Assembly (NCBI GenBank): GCA_000091205.1
Contig: AP006496.2
From: Cyanidioschyzon merolae
Taxonomy: Eukaryota
Reading direction: 5' to 3' (one strand)
DNA length: 64,000 bases
This document shows, one piece after another, positions 53,790-64,000 of the stretch; position 1 is the first letter of the stretch; each line of letters begins with the position of its first letter. The position numbers and the translations under genes are program-made. The notes under the pieces are model-generated. The model saw only the letters and a program-made list of their open reading frames with translations. It made no database searches and was not told the DNA's origin.

Positions 53790-54937
53790 CAGACTGAGAT
53801 GGAATGGGTCCAGTTTGACAACTCGGGTGTATACGCTACTGGTTTGGCTTCTTTCGACTGTGATCAACACAGATATATGCGGGATTTCTCGGCAACCGCT
53901 TCCTTTAGACTCTCTCTGAGCGCCGGCTGTGAACAACTCGGTCGTTCCTTTCGAACTGGCTACGTTTGCAGCAGTCGAAGGACTTTGATGGCAGCGTTCG
54001 AGTCGCAAGGTCGCCGCCTGCAGCAGTTCTTCATGCAGTGTATGCATTGGCGTCACAATCGATACATGTTTCCCTTACTACGTGCCTTTGCTTTGTATGA
54101 ATCCGGGGAGCGAATTCGTCGGGGTATCGTTCGGCTGCCGCAGGGTATTCCCGTGGGCCTCCCGTGCCGCCTCCGCCTCCGAGCGCCGCCCTGGGGTGCG
54201 TCACCGCTCGCTTCTTCGCCCGGTACGTGCCCGGGACTGGTAGAGAGGGCGCCCCATGATATCTGCCTCAGTCTCAATGCCGAGTGCCGCACACTTCCGA
54301 TACGAGCCCCCTCTGGGCAGTCGCATAGGCGGGTACGCTGTTCGCTTCACAAGCAAGCGCACGCCCTTCCGATCAATAGAGGATTTGCTGAACGCAATGT
54401 TCTCCATGCACAACCAAGAACCGAGACGGAAATCCAGTATGGAAATCCGGTCGATATGGGTTGCTCCTTCGACACTCCATTCGAGTCGATCGCTGCGATG
54501 CCTCAAGTCAGCATTCAGGACCCTTCTCCATGCAACAACTCTTCAAACGACGACGCCGAGTTGTCTTCCTCGTCCATTCAACAGCGCGCATTGTCGCGTC
54601 CGCGAGTTGCCTTGGACCACAGAAATCGAAAACCCGAAGCATACCTGATTAGAGCATGCTGGTACCGCAGGGATTGGAGGAGAGCGGAGCCTCGTGCGTA
54701 TGCACTGGAAGATACGATCATCTATTTGAGGTGCCTTTGTTCGAGTGTGTCGCGAATCACCCCGATATCCTTGGCATCCTGAATTTCCGCGACAAGACGA
54801 TGGAAACTCCTGAAATTATCTATGAATCCGTAATCCCGTATTGCTGCACTGCGAATCTCGAAGCTCTGTCTCTGGTAAATCGTTCGGAAAACCCAATCGA
54901 TACGCAGGAACAGATCGACAAGTTCAGCGTTCCATTT
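53790..54937. repeat. Inverted repeat arm B (1148 bp); partner at 41990..43137
   Basis: See arm A. Duplicated ORF-track proteins agree: 42145..43152(-) matches 53799..54782(+); 42279..42671(-) matches 54256..54648(+); and the first 89 aa of 42871(+) match 53778..54056(-). Confidence 0.9.
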
Positions 54938-57131
54938 TAACCCGGCACGATCGTACAATACACTTGGCACTGTATGCAGCGCGGTGCTGGTCGTCGTTCA
55001 TGGGCCCAGTATGCACCGGCTATAAAAAAACATGAGGACAGTAGACCCTGTCATCGTGCGCGGGTTCTGCGAGTCATACATTGCTGCTACAGGGAAAACG
55101 CCAAGACCTGGATCTTGCATGCCTTGATTTAGATCGTGCTGTAGTTTTTCATCGATATCTAGGATCCATCTACGAGTCTGAAAGTAAGGAAAACTGCAAC
55201 CGATGCGCCTCGAAAGAAAAGTGGACGCCGCAGCATGCACCCAGGTACATCCATATGCACAGTCTGTTGTCTTCATGGGCAACGAAGCACGCACCCGGCC
55301 TTGCATCGGGTTATCATCCACCACGGCAGCCTGTGCGCACATACCTGGCGGCCGCCTGAGGATGCGAGCGTGTTCCGCACAAGTAACCGTTGAATCAAAG
55401 GCAAAGGCACTTGCACAGAATTGAAGGTTGACGCGTCAGTGAGAGCTGGCATCGTCCCACGCGTAAGAGCCTTGTCAGCATCATAGAACCTCTGCCAGGC
55501 ACTCAATGGCGTGACAAGGGCACAGGCGGGCTCCCGGAGACCTCCAACGACCGCCACCCATCCATGATGATGCAGCATCGCTGAATCTTGTCTGAATCTC
55601 ACGGGTACACAGGCGCTGCTGATCGACAGGGCTGGACCAGCACGCGCACCTGTGACCTAACTACGAATTCCGCCACCTCCACAGCGATATGCTCCACTTG
55701 TGAAGAGAACTTGTAGAGCAGGCACCCTGGAAACGTCGTCCAGACACGATGCGGTCTCGTCGTCTCTGTGCGAGCTTCGATGTGACGCTTCGCCAGCGTT
55801 GAATCTCTGCGGACCGGAAGCGGTACCGCTCCAGAGCCACATGCAACAATGCCCCGAATTCGAGCAGAGCGGTATGGCGGAGCTCTCGGAGCCGCCTCAT
55901 CACATCTGCCACAACCAGAAATGTGCAAGTCATTCGGAAGCGTCGCATGGAACGCAGTTCCCAGCGTGGCAGTTGCTTGGAGCGACAAGCAGCGTTTTTC
56001 GCTCCACTCATGGATCTATATCGTATCTGCACTGAGAAACACCTCTATATTACGCGAGATATGCGATCAGTAAAAAATCCAGATTCACTCCATGATACCC
56101 GCGCGCTTCTGCGAACACACATGGATGAACGCTTGGGAAATAGCTCCCTGATGCTGTTCTTCATCGCGCCTGTTGATTATATAGGAATCGGTGCTGATGC
56201 AAGCTCGGTGGTAACTTCCCGTACGGGCGCCACAGACACATCCTTCACGTTCTGAATGAGTTTCTGCTACTCGGGGTGCCTCCTGGGCGTTCAGGAAGAG
56301 GCTGGAAGCCCCTACGTGAGGCGCAGGTTCCACCCTGACACCAAGTTCACACGTTCGCTGTGTCGCAGTTCGACAATCTTCAGCGCCCAGCGCGTGCAGC
56401 GCACGTGCGTTTGTATGCACTGTGGATCGCGAACGAGCCGAATCTCGGTTTGCGTCGACAGCTGGGGTCCGCACTCGAGCACCTGCGCGCAGCGCCTCGA
56501 TTTGGAATGCGCCAGAGACAGCAATGCGCAGCTTGATTCAGCAGCCTTGTTGGCCTTGGTATGCACCCAGTGAACCCCATAGGTCAGGTTACCTGGAGAT
56601 TACCCCATATTCTCAGCGGTACCTGTCATAGGCCACCATGCAGAGCATCGGTGCCCGGATTCCACCACAGTGCGCCGCCCCTGAGACACTCCGTATAAAA
56701 ACTTGTCAGATACCACAACACACGAAGCCGCAGCGACCACTCAAGCGTCCCCAACGACGCCATTTGCGTTGCAGCAGTGCCACGGGTGCGTCCGCCGCCC
56801 TGCACGCATCGTTACGAACGGTACCGAACGGAGCTTCTCTCACAGACGCTCATGGCAAGCTCAGCGAACGATGGAACATTCGAAATGACCAGTATCTCCG
56901 AGGGAAAGCATGGGACATAGAACTTGGAAATAGGACGTGGAACGATGAATGCGCTTCTGATCGTTGACACCAAGCAAGCAATCGGCGGTACTGGGTCCCC
57001 AGCACCATTGAAGGAAACAAGCAACCAGGCACACAGACAGCGCCGCTCGCGAGATTCGAACCTCCAGATGCAGGCACAGGCGAGCCTTCGCGGGACGCGC
57101 CACATCGCCGCGGCACGCACGCAGCATCGAA

Positions 57132-57159
57132 TGCGTGCGTGCGTGCGTGCGTGCGTGCG
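57132..57159. repeat. (TGCG)7 microsatellite upstream of the RhoGAP start
   Basis: tgcgtgcgtgcgtgcgtgcgtgcgtgcg is read directly. Confidence 0.9.
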
Positions 57160-57243
57160 TTCGCGCGCGCTCCTTCAGTCGAAGCTTCACCAGCGGCACG
57201 TCTCTCGTGCTGCTTCAGCTGTTTGTTGGTGTCGATCAGGAGC

Positions 57244-58581
57244 ATGTTGCCAGACACTGTCGTTCCAGCAGAGATACGTAGAGAAACCTCTTGCACTTGT
57301 GATGCTGAAGCGTTCAACGCGACGACAAGAGATATGAGCGCTGTGTCCCAAGTACCTGAGGTCTTGGCGACTGCATTGCCCGTGGCGGGTAGCGCAGTGG
57401 CGGGCGTAGCTGCAACCCCCGACTCTTTGACACAATCTGATCACCAGGTGATCCCTGGAAGCACATTACCTGTGACGTCGTCAACGACAGCGGGGCGCTT
57501 TCAAAATATCGAAGATGGAACAGAGCCAACTGCGAGTGCGTCGTCAGCACTCCGAGTGACGCTGATTGGGCGCGATAGCCTGCGGCCCGAAGGGAAGGGT
57601 CCCGGGCAGGGCGGCCCACCGGTGCGTACCGAAGTTGCGAACCGGGTGAAAGTGTTGCTTTTCAAGCAGCTGCAGAACGGTATTCATCCTGGAGGTGGGC
57701 ACAAATCTGCGGCATCGCATACTGAGCGCCTGGTCGTGAACGAGCCGGAAGCTCCCCACGGGTGTTTCTGTCGACGAAGTAGCAGTGCGCACCGCACCCC
57801 AAAGCCTGCAGTGTCGGCGCCAGCAAGCGCGTCCCAGGTCGACGACGAATCAGCACCCATTGCTGCCTGTGTTCTATTCGGGACGGACCCACAGCAACCC
57901 TGGAATCGTTCCGCCGTGCACCGCATCAGGCTTTGCGTTCGCCATCTTCGCGAGTGTCGCGGCTGTGAAACACCTGGTATTCTCGGAGCGTCCGGATCGG
58001 CGGGAGAAGTCGAACGACTCCGACTGCAGACTGCACATTCCGGGAGTCTTCCGACGCAGGCAGACCCGCATTCGATCGCGGGGCTCCTGAAGGACACGCT
58101 CCGGCGAACGCGTCCTGCACTGTTGTCATCAGATGGCTACCAGTGCTTCCTCGAAATGGCAAGGAAAAGCGGCCCGGGTACCTCCTGGGATGAGGCCATC
58201 AATATTTTCCGTCTCTGGCAACGTATTAGTGCGAGTCAACCGCATTCCTACTGTCGAGATGTACTTGTAGAGATTTTACTCCTGCTCAACGAGGTAAGTC
58301 GCCTCAACGACATCAACAAGATGACGAGTCGCAACCTGGCGGTGGTCATGGCGCCCTGCCTTTGTGACTGGGACCCGCTCCGGCCGAATGCGCTCGAGCA
58401 ACTGCATGTCATGACGGATATGGTGCAGTATCTGATAGAACGCGCGAAATTCGTCGCGGACATGGAGGGTCACCCCGGTACTGGACACGAGCGCATCAAC
58501 CTCGCACCGGTCTCTTGCGCGTACCATTCGAGCGCCGAGTCGCTCAACGCTGCGACCGTGAAACCGCCATGCTACGCGTAA
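57244..58581 (+). CDS. RhoGAP-domain protein with the arginine-finger position substituted
   Basis: TPGILGASGSAGEVERLRLQ aligns with the p50RhoGAP block TEGIFRRSANTQVVREVQQK, HSIAGLLKDTLRRTRPALLS with LPAVILKTFLRELPEPLLT, and DINKMTSRNLAVVMAPCL with QNKMTNTNLAVVFGPNLL. The ORF-track start at 57139 is a GTG inside the (TGCG)n microsatellite; the first ATG is at 57244. Confidence 0.8.
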   Translation: MLPDTVVPAEIRRETSCTCDAEAFNATTRDMSAVSQVPEVLATALPVAGSAVAGVAATPDSLTQSDHQVIPGSTLPVTSSTTAGRFQNIEDGTEPTASASSALRVTLIGRDSLRPEGKGPGQGGPPVRTEVANRVKVLLFKQLQNGIHPGGGHKSAASHTERLVVNEPEAPHGCFCRRSSSAHRTPKPAVSAPASASQVDDESAPIAACVLFGTDPQQPWNRSAVHRIRLCVRHLRECRGCETPGILGASGSAGEVERLRLQTAHSGSLPTQADPHSIAGLLKDTLRRTRPALLSSDGYQCFLEMARKSGPGTSWDEAINIFRLWQRISASQPHSYCRDVLVEILLLLNEVSRLNDINKMTSRNLAVVMAPCLCDWDPLRPNALEQLHVMTDMVQYLIERAKFVADMEGHPGTGHERINLAPVSCAYHSSAESLNAATVKPPCYA

Positions 58582-60116
58582 AGACACCACGACCTCGTAA
58601 TCGCGTTCCTGTCAGAGGTGACCTCAACTGGAGGCTTCGACCCATTCCCGCCCGCTGGTTGCACTTGCATCACGACCATTTGCAAAAGCGAGACCCACGG
58701 GATGTTTCATTCCGATGGAACGACCACGCTACATACGCTGTTGGTGTGTAATCGCCGCGAATGTCTGGCTTTGCAGTTGCTGGGTTCACGTCGGTAGCAG
58801 GTCCGTCACTTGGCGCTGAAGCTGCAGAACATTCTCGGCGAGTGTGCCTGTCGAGCACAGCAGGCGAGCGAATGCGGGAACATGGTTACCGTGTAACGTC
58901 GCCCCGAAGGTCGGAAAGCCCCAAAGACGCAGTCCTTTGAATGCGGCTGGCTCAGTGACCCTGCTGGTCAGCCTGGTGTTCCAGTACCTAACGCCGTTGC
59001 GCACTGAGCACGCGATGGAAAGGCCGCAAACCATGCTGGGCACCTGGTATCCGAGCGCATGTGGCGCCGAAGTTATGGCCTCTGGCTTGGTCCTATAGCA
59101 CGCCGCGCTGCTCGTTTTAAGCAGCACGCCTTGTCTAATAGGCATGCTTCGGGCGCGGCGAGCACCAGGGACCTGGCGGGTCCGCGGACTCGTTCCAGGA
59201 CCTGCGGGCATGGCGCACATGTGTGGGTTTGTGTGTACACGGAACCCCGACACGAGAGATATCCAATGCCACGATCGACTCTTGGTAGAACATAGTATCT
59301 GCCGGATATTCTAGGCATCCCACAGGCCGCGGAACGGCGCCCAGTGGTCAGTCTGCAAGCCTCGGGGATGCCATGCGCCATGGACAAACAGGCGACGCAG
59401 AGCAGCGCCCTCGAGTAGACGTCCGTCGGGGTAAAACATGAGGTCGCGCTGACCCTGCAACGCGCCTCTGGCAGCGTTTTCAATAGCGGGGTAGGCGTCC
59501 GTTTTGGGTTTGCCTCCTGGAGCGTTCGCGGATCGCTCAGACCCGTATTTTATCGGAGGATACTCCCCGGAAACAGCGAGAGCATAAAAGCGTCGGCAGC
59601 GGAGCTGGGGTCTGTTCCTGGTCGCTTCGCAGGCTCCGTCCATTCATAACGCTCCAGTTCCATGCATTCATCGATCTCACACGACCTACCATGTAAAGTT
59701 TCTGACGGTACTGATTGCCGTCCAGCTTGCAAGCGGGGTCAGATGCTGCTTGCAGCCATCGCGCCTGAACAAGCGACCTGTATACCATGTTCGCACACAA
59801 AAAAGCGCACAAGGTGTTTTTCTATTCATTGGCATGCGCTGCGGTGCTCTCATGGCAAAAGCGTGCAGTACGGGCGGCGCGACTCGAACGCGCGATCTTG
59901 TGCGTGTTAGGCACACGTCATAACCATCTAGACCACGCCCGCGCGACGAATAAGCATGCACAACAATTGATATATAAATGCTTTGGAATCTGTGCGCAAG
60001 GATGGCGAGTATGATTCGGATTCGCAGGGGCGCTGCTCCGAGCCCCGAGGTACTGGACGTCCTCGTTGACTAGCGGAGCGTCTCAGACAGACCCAAGAGC
60101 GTTGTGGGTTTCACTC

Positions 60117-63100
60117 ATGAAAGTCCTCAATAAAAGCGGGCGCGGAGAGCGGCAGTTCAAGTTCTTGTCGCTTCGCGATCGTCTGCGTCAGCTGAACACA
60201 AGCGATGCGGAGCGACTTCGCAGACCAGTCTTGGTCAGCGAAGCGTACGCGTCACGAAAGCACGAGTCGGCGTTGGATACGTACCTGCGGAACGCCATTG
60301 CCGAATGGAGCGATCGTGATCGAACACGCTCATTCCAGGCGTTTGCAAAGTCCGTGGAAGACTGGGTGATCTCACTGCCGCTTTTGCTTCGAAACCGGAA
60401 GCGAGTCTTTCGGCAGTGGGTGCTTGCTGTTCGCGAGCGATCGCCGTCGTCGTTGGCGGCGTTGATAGTTTGCTGGGAGGCTCTCGCACTGGATCTGGCT
60501 GCAGAGTTTACACCCTTCATACGACCGTCCTTAGAGGTTCTAGCAGGCGCTTTGGACTTGGAAAACGCGGATGAGACGAGTGTCTTCTTCTCGACAACAG
60601 CGCGGCTCTTTCGCTGCTGGACCAAGCAACGGCGCTTTGGGCAGCAGCAAGCGCCTCAAGTGTTGCGTTCATGGGCGGCGATGCTGCTCTGTCATCGCAG
60701 CGAATATGTACGTCTACTTGCCGCACAGAGCGCTGGCGTGCTTTTGCGTCGACTCCCGATCGAGGACATACAGCCGCTGGTTGCAACGCTGGTCACTCAG
60801 TCGGGCACCGATGCCGCCACCACCGAGACGCAGCGGAGGATGGCAGACGGCCTAGCGGCAACTTTCTTCTACGGATGCTGCGGCATTCGAGGGGAGCCAC
60901 ACTCAAAGGCCCCCGTCCTGCTTGAAAAGCTTCAACACTGCATCTTGCACCACGAAGCGCATTATGACACATCGGATGCCTTTCCGCAGATGCTCCTCGC
61001 TGCGCTTTGGTGGCGACTAGGGCGAGCGCTGACGCCCAGCGCCCTTGCACAGCTGCAGGAATCCACTTTGCTGGTTTCCCTGGAGCACGCGCACCCGAAA
61101 CGTCTCGTTCATGTCATGGAGGCACTGGGCGCCTGCCTCTACGGATGCTGCCGCAACGCGGTATCGTCGTCCTCGGAGCGTGCATCGCTCCTGAGCGGGA
61201 CGTTCGCTGCAAGCGTTTCGACTTTGCAGCTGGGACGTGGTTCGGAACCTGCGCTGGTGTGGCTCCTGGCGTCCTACGGAGATGCTATTGCCCGCCTCGG
61301 CTCTTTGGCGCAGAAACGACGTTTCCTCAAAAGCCTCACAGATGACTTGGCGGACGTCCGAGTTGCCGCAGCAGTGCTCGAATCGCTGGTTACACAGACG
61401 GAGGTCTGGCGCTCCCCAGAAGCGGTTCCACTGCTCGGCGAAGTGCTTGGCTGCGTCTACCAGCGATTATCCAGAACCAGCCTGTCGCGCAGCGCTCATC
61501 TCTCCTGGATATTGCGACTTGTCACGAGTATCAGGGAGACGGACCAAACAGCTAGTGACGCGCTGTTATCGACTCTGCAACGCTGTCCAGGGATCTGGCA
61601 AGTCTCGGACCTAGAAGACAACGATTCATCAATCCGCTATCTTGCGCTGCAACTGGCAACCATGGTGCGTCTCACAGGTATGGATGACGACCAGCAGGAT
61701 CGATTGCGATGCATCCTGCAGGACGATACCTCTCTAGCTGCGCTCCTGGCTCTGTGTCGGCAGTTTCCAGCCGACAAGCCCCTATTAGACCGCTGCTTCG
61801 AGGCCGCAAGTCAGTACCCAGTAACGCCGGGTACAGAGGCTGGCTTTGACGCACTTGTACGACAGCTACTTGACCGGGACCCTGAAGGCAGCGACTTGGT
61901 GCTCTGGGCGACACAGACAGAGCGCTTCCGTTTGCAACGTGATGCTCTGTTCAGCGCAGCGGAACTTGAGCTGTGTGCGAGGTTGGCGAGGAGCAGTCCA
62001 CATCCGCAGCTGGAATCGTTTTTCCAAGCCATGGCTGAAGTCTATCAAGTCGCTTCCTCGTTTACTCGGGAAATAGACCGAATTGACGCAGCTCGTCTGC
62101 ACCTGAGACGTGTTTTGATGATGTTGCGACAGCAAGGACGTGCGAACATGCCCCAGCAGCTGGTGCGCTTGGAGCTTTTCGCCATTCTGGGCATTCTTCA
62201 ATTACCACTGACGCTGTACTGGGAAGAGGTTCCCGCATTGTGGCGAGCTGCTATGGAGCAGGTGGATCCAGCAGCACTCTTCGAGCAGGTGCTTTTGCCG
62301 GTGTTTCAGGCTACGCAAGCTCGTTGCAGCTGGGTATCCCAGCGCAGTGAGCGATTTGCTGGTGAAGAACGCGCTGGTGCCCTAGGATCACATGAAGATG
62401 CTGCAGATGCTGCTTCGACACCCGAGTCGAGCGCTGCACCAATGCTCCAAACGACTGTATCGGGGGCGGTCTGTTCACCTGAATATGAATCCGCTTCTGG
62501 TGCTGCTGCTGGTGCTGCAGATGCTGCTTCGACACCCGAGTCGAGCGCTGCATGCTTGTTACCAGCCGCAGAGCCAAGCGGGCCCAGCTCTGGAACGCAA
62601 CCTGGCGAGAAGGAGTTGCTCCGAACCGCCAAAACGGCGCGTCTGGAGGCAAAAGCTGCACGACCGGGAACATCTGCACCGACGCATACGTCGCTCGCCC
62701 AACGGAGACGCAGTGATCCGGCCAAGAGAGCCGCTCTGTCGAGCGCGCCTTTATGGCCGTGGCTCGCGAATACCAAGTCATCAAGTGACCGAATATGGCG
62801 GCGACTGAACCTGTTTCAGCCAACCGCAGAAGAAGCAGCAGGTCAGTGGGCAGCACCGCTGAACGCTGCCACGATGACGAATGCAGCTTCAACTGATTCA
62901 GCCGTTGCTACCGTTGCTTCTTCTCCCAGGACCGATACATGCCTGACGCGCTCGTCCGTCGGTCTAGGATCATATCCCTATTGTGTATCGCCGGCACCAG
63001 TTCAGAACGCTTGTCTGGATGACGAATGGAGCTCTCGTCGTCTGGCTCTCGCTCGACAGATCATTCCAGCGGACGCGTTTTACAGGAATCTGCTGCAACT

Positions 63101-64000
63101 GGTGGTACCGGTGCAGCAATCGAATGTGAGCAAAGCACATCAAAAGGTACTAGCTGCTGTGGTTACCGCATATCCGGTTCCAGCGGGTATCGAGACGCTC
63201 CACTGGCGTCAACTGGGTTCCCTGTTGGTTGCCCAAACACAGTCGGATGCTCCGGAAGCGGATCGAGTGCGCTACAAGGTTCTCCTAGAACAAGCGCTTC
63301 GATCGGAAGAGGCGGCTCTGCAGAGAGCAGCACTCGAGGCGCTCTTCCAGTCATCGACCTGGCACCAGCAGCACCGTCGAGCATACCTGCCTCCGTTGCT
63401 GGTACTGTTGCAACCCAGAGCTGATAACGCGCCTGCCAAAGCGCATCGAACGCGACTCGTGGGTACTCGTTTGGCAACGCTTCGGGAGCAGGTCGCCATG
63501 CTCTATGGAGCGCTGGTGGACCTCGCTGCGGTGCAGGCGCCACAAACGAAGCCTTCGGACGATAGGCAGCCGGCCGCCGAGGATGGTCCGAAGCAGCCGC
63601 TGCTCTATCAACTGGAGCAGCGTTTTCAGCAGATCCTGCAGTCACGGTCGTCGGCGATAACACTGGAACGACACCAGGCCGCCTCAGCGGACTCACCGGG
63701 GGATTTCACGTACTCGAGGAGCGGCTCGAAGAGAGCGGCTCGCATCAGGGAGGTACCTCCAGCCGCTACAGTGGAGTCGATCGTTATTCTACCCAATGAC
63801 GCACCAGTGGTCATGCCGCTGGTCGCGAACCTGCTCTTTGGCAGAGCGAGAGCACTCGCCCGCTTTCTGGGTACCGGGTCCACGCAGGGTACGCAGAAAA
63901 AGCGCTATCGTGCGCTCTTTCAAGCGATCATGCAGTGCTACGGTTTCATGGGTCGCTATCCACAGATACTGCAGGATCTGGCCCGGCTGATCCAGCAAGA
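60117..64000 (+). CDS. UTP20: UTP20 (small-subunit processome component 20) N-terminal part; the CDS runs off the window end
   Basis: My manual translation from the ATG at 60117 (upstream in-frame TGA at 60012) stays open to nt 64000 (at least 1294 codons). The frame was checked at 60117, 61662 and 63990. MKVLNKSGRGERQFKFLSLRDRLRQLN...ESALDTYLRNAIAEW matches the human UTP20 N-terminus MKTKPVSHKTENTYRFLTFAERLGNVN...EEEVETYFFEGLLKW. The rest is HEAT/ARM-like and Leu-rich. Confidence 0.75.
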   Translation, partial: MKVLNKSGRGERQFKFLSLRDRLRQLNTSDAERLRRPVLVSEAYASRKHESALDTYLRNAIAEWSDRDRTRSFQAFAKSVEDWVISLPLLLRNRKRVFRQWVLAVRERSPSSLAALIVCWEALALDLAAEFTPFIRPSLEVLAGALDLENADETSVFFSTTARLFRCWTKQRRFGQQQAPQVLRSWAAMLLCHRSEYVRLLAAQSAGVLLRRLPIEDIQPLVATLVTQSGTDAATTETQRRMADGLAATFFYGCCGIRGEPHSKAPVLLEKLQHCILHHEAHYDTSDAFPQMLLAALWWRLGRALTPSALAQLQESTLLVSLEHAHPKRLVHVMEALGACLYGCCRNAVSSSSERASLLSGTFAASVSTLQLGRGSEPALVWLLASYGDAIARLGSLAQKRRFLKSLTDDLADVRVAAAVLESLVTQTEVWRSPEAVPLLGEVLGCVYQRLSRTSLSRSAHLSWILRLVTSIRETDQTASDALLSTLQRCPGIWQVSDLEDNDSSIRYLALQLATMVRLTGMDDDQQDRLRCILQDDTSLAALLALCRQFPADKPLLDRCFEAASQYPVTPGTEAGFDALVRQLLDRDPEGSDLVLWATQTERFRLQRDALFSAAELELCARLARSSPHPQLESFFQAMAEVYQVASSFTREIDRIDAARLHLRRVLMMLRQQGRANMPQQLVRLELFAILGILQLPLTLYWEEVPALWRAAMEQVDPAALFEQVLLPVFQATQARCSWVSQRSERFAGEERAGALGSHEDAADAASTPESSAAPMLQTTVSGAVCSPEYESASGAAAGAADAASTPESSAACLLPAAEPSGPSSGTQPGEKELLRTAKTARLEAKAARPGTSAPTHTSLAQRRRSDPAKRAALSSAPLWPWLANTKSSSDRIWRRLNLFQPTAEEAAGQWAAPLNAATMTNAASTDSAVATVASSPRTDTCLTRSSVGLGSYPYCVSPAPVQNACLDDEWSSRRLALARQIIPADAFYRNLLQLVVPVQQSNVSKAHQKVLAAVVTAYPVPAGIETLHWRQLGSLLVAQTQSDAPEADRVRYKVLLEQALRSEEAALQRAALEALFQSSTWHQQHRRAYLPPLLVLLQPRADNAPAKAHRTRLVGTRLATLREQVAMLYGALVDLAAVQAPQTKPSDDRQPAAEDGPKQPLLYQLEQRFQQILQSRSSAITLERHQAASADSPGDFTYSRSGSKRAARIREVPPAATVESIVILPNDAPVVMPLVANLLFGRARALARFLGTGSTQGTQKKRYRALFQAIMQCYGFMGRYPQILQDLARLIQQ

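Noticed and set aside
41990-54937. The inverted-repeat pair read as terminal inverted repeats of a cut-and-paste DNA transposon
   Set aside because: No transposase-like ORF lies inside, and the bases flanking the outer ends (ttcagcatg and taacccggc) are not a target-site duplication. Homologous-recombination inversion or a segmental event fits better.
57040-57070. GATTCGAACC (reverse complement of the tRNA T-loop GGTTCGAATC) as a minus-strand tRNA gene
   Set aside because: The surrounding sequence cannot be folded into acceptor, D and anticodon stems. The putative T-stem halves (GGAGG and CTCGC) are not complementary.
1-64000. A prokaryotic operon or defence-island interpretation
   Set aside because: The genes are unmistakably eukaryotic: eIF4E, a formin FH2, lipin, PEX14, a SAPS domain, UTP20, RhoGAP and a RAD1 clamp subunit. 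They alternate strands with long intergenic gaps.

Overview
This window is a GC-rich, gene-dense, intron-poor stretch of eukaryotic nuclear DNA, not a prokaryotic or viral locus. About 20 protein-coding genes alternate between strands, mostly as single long exons. Genes recognised by conserved motifs are: PEX14, a SAPS-domain PP6/Sit4 regulatory subunit, stand-alone ArgC with an N-terminal presequence, a formin (FH2), eIF4E, 6-pyruvoyl-tetrahydropterin synthase, an XRCC3-like RAD51 paralog, a RAD1-like 9-1-1 clamp subunit, a DUF1517-like protein, a metaxin-like GST-fold protein with a C-terminal TM anchor, a CSN5/Rpn11-like MPN protein, lipin, a RhoGAP-domain protein, and the N-terminal 3.9 kb of UTP20, which runs off the window end. 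Several ORF-track starts are GTG/TTG alternative starts, so those CDS starts were moved to the first in-frame ATG. The main structural findings are two pairs of long near-identical repeats: 1.96-kb direct repeats 19.3 kb apart bracketing a five-gene block, and 1.15-kb inverted repeats bracketing a 10.65-kb four- to five-gene cassette that includes lipin. Secondary findings are a CSN5-like protein with a broken JAMM zinc motif, a RhoGAP domain lacking the arginine finger, a formin with a C-terminal poly-proline tract and a perfect in-frame 45-bp tandem duplication, and several microsatellites and palindromic coding repeats. A stand-alone ArgC with a presequence, a DUF1517-like protein and intron-poor GC-rich genes suggest an algal or stramenopile-like protist, but this taxonomic guess is inference only.
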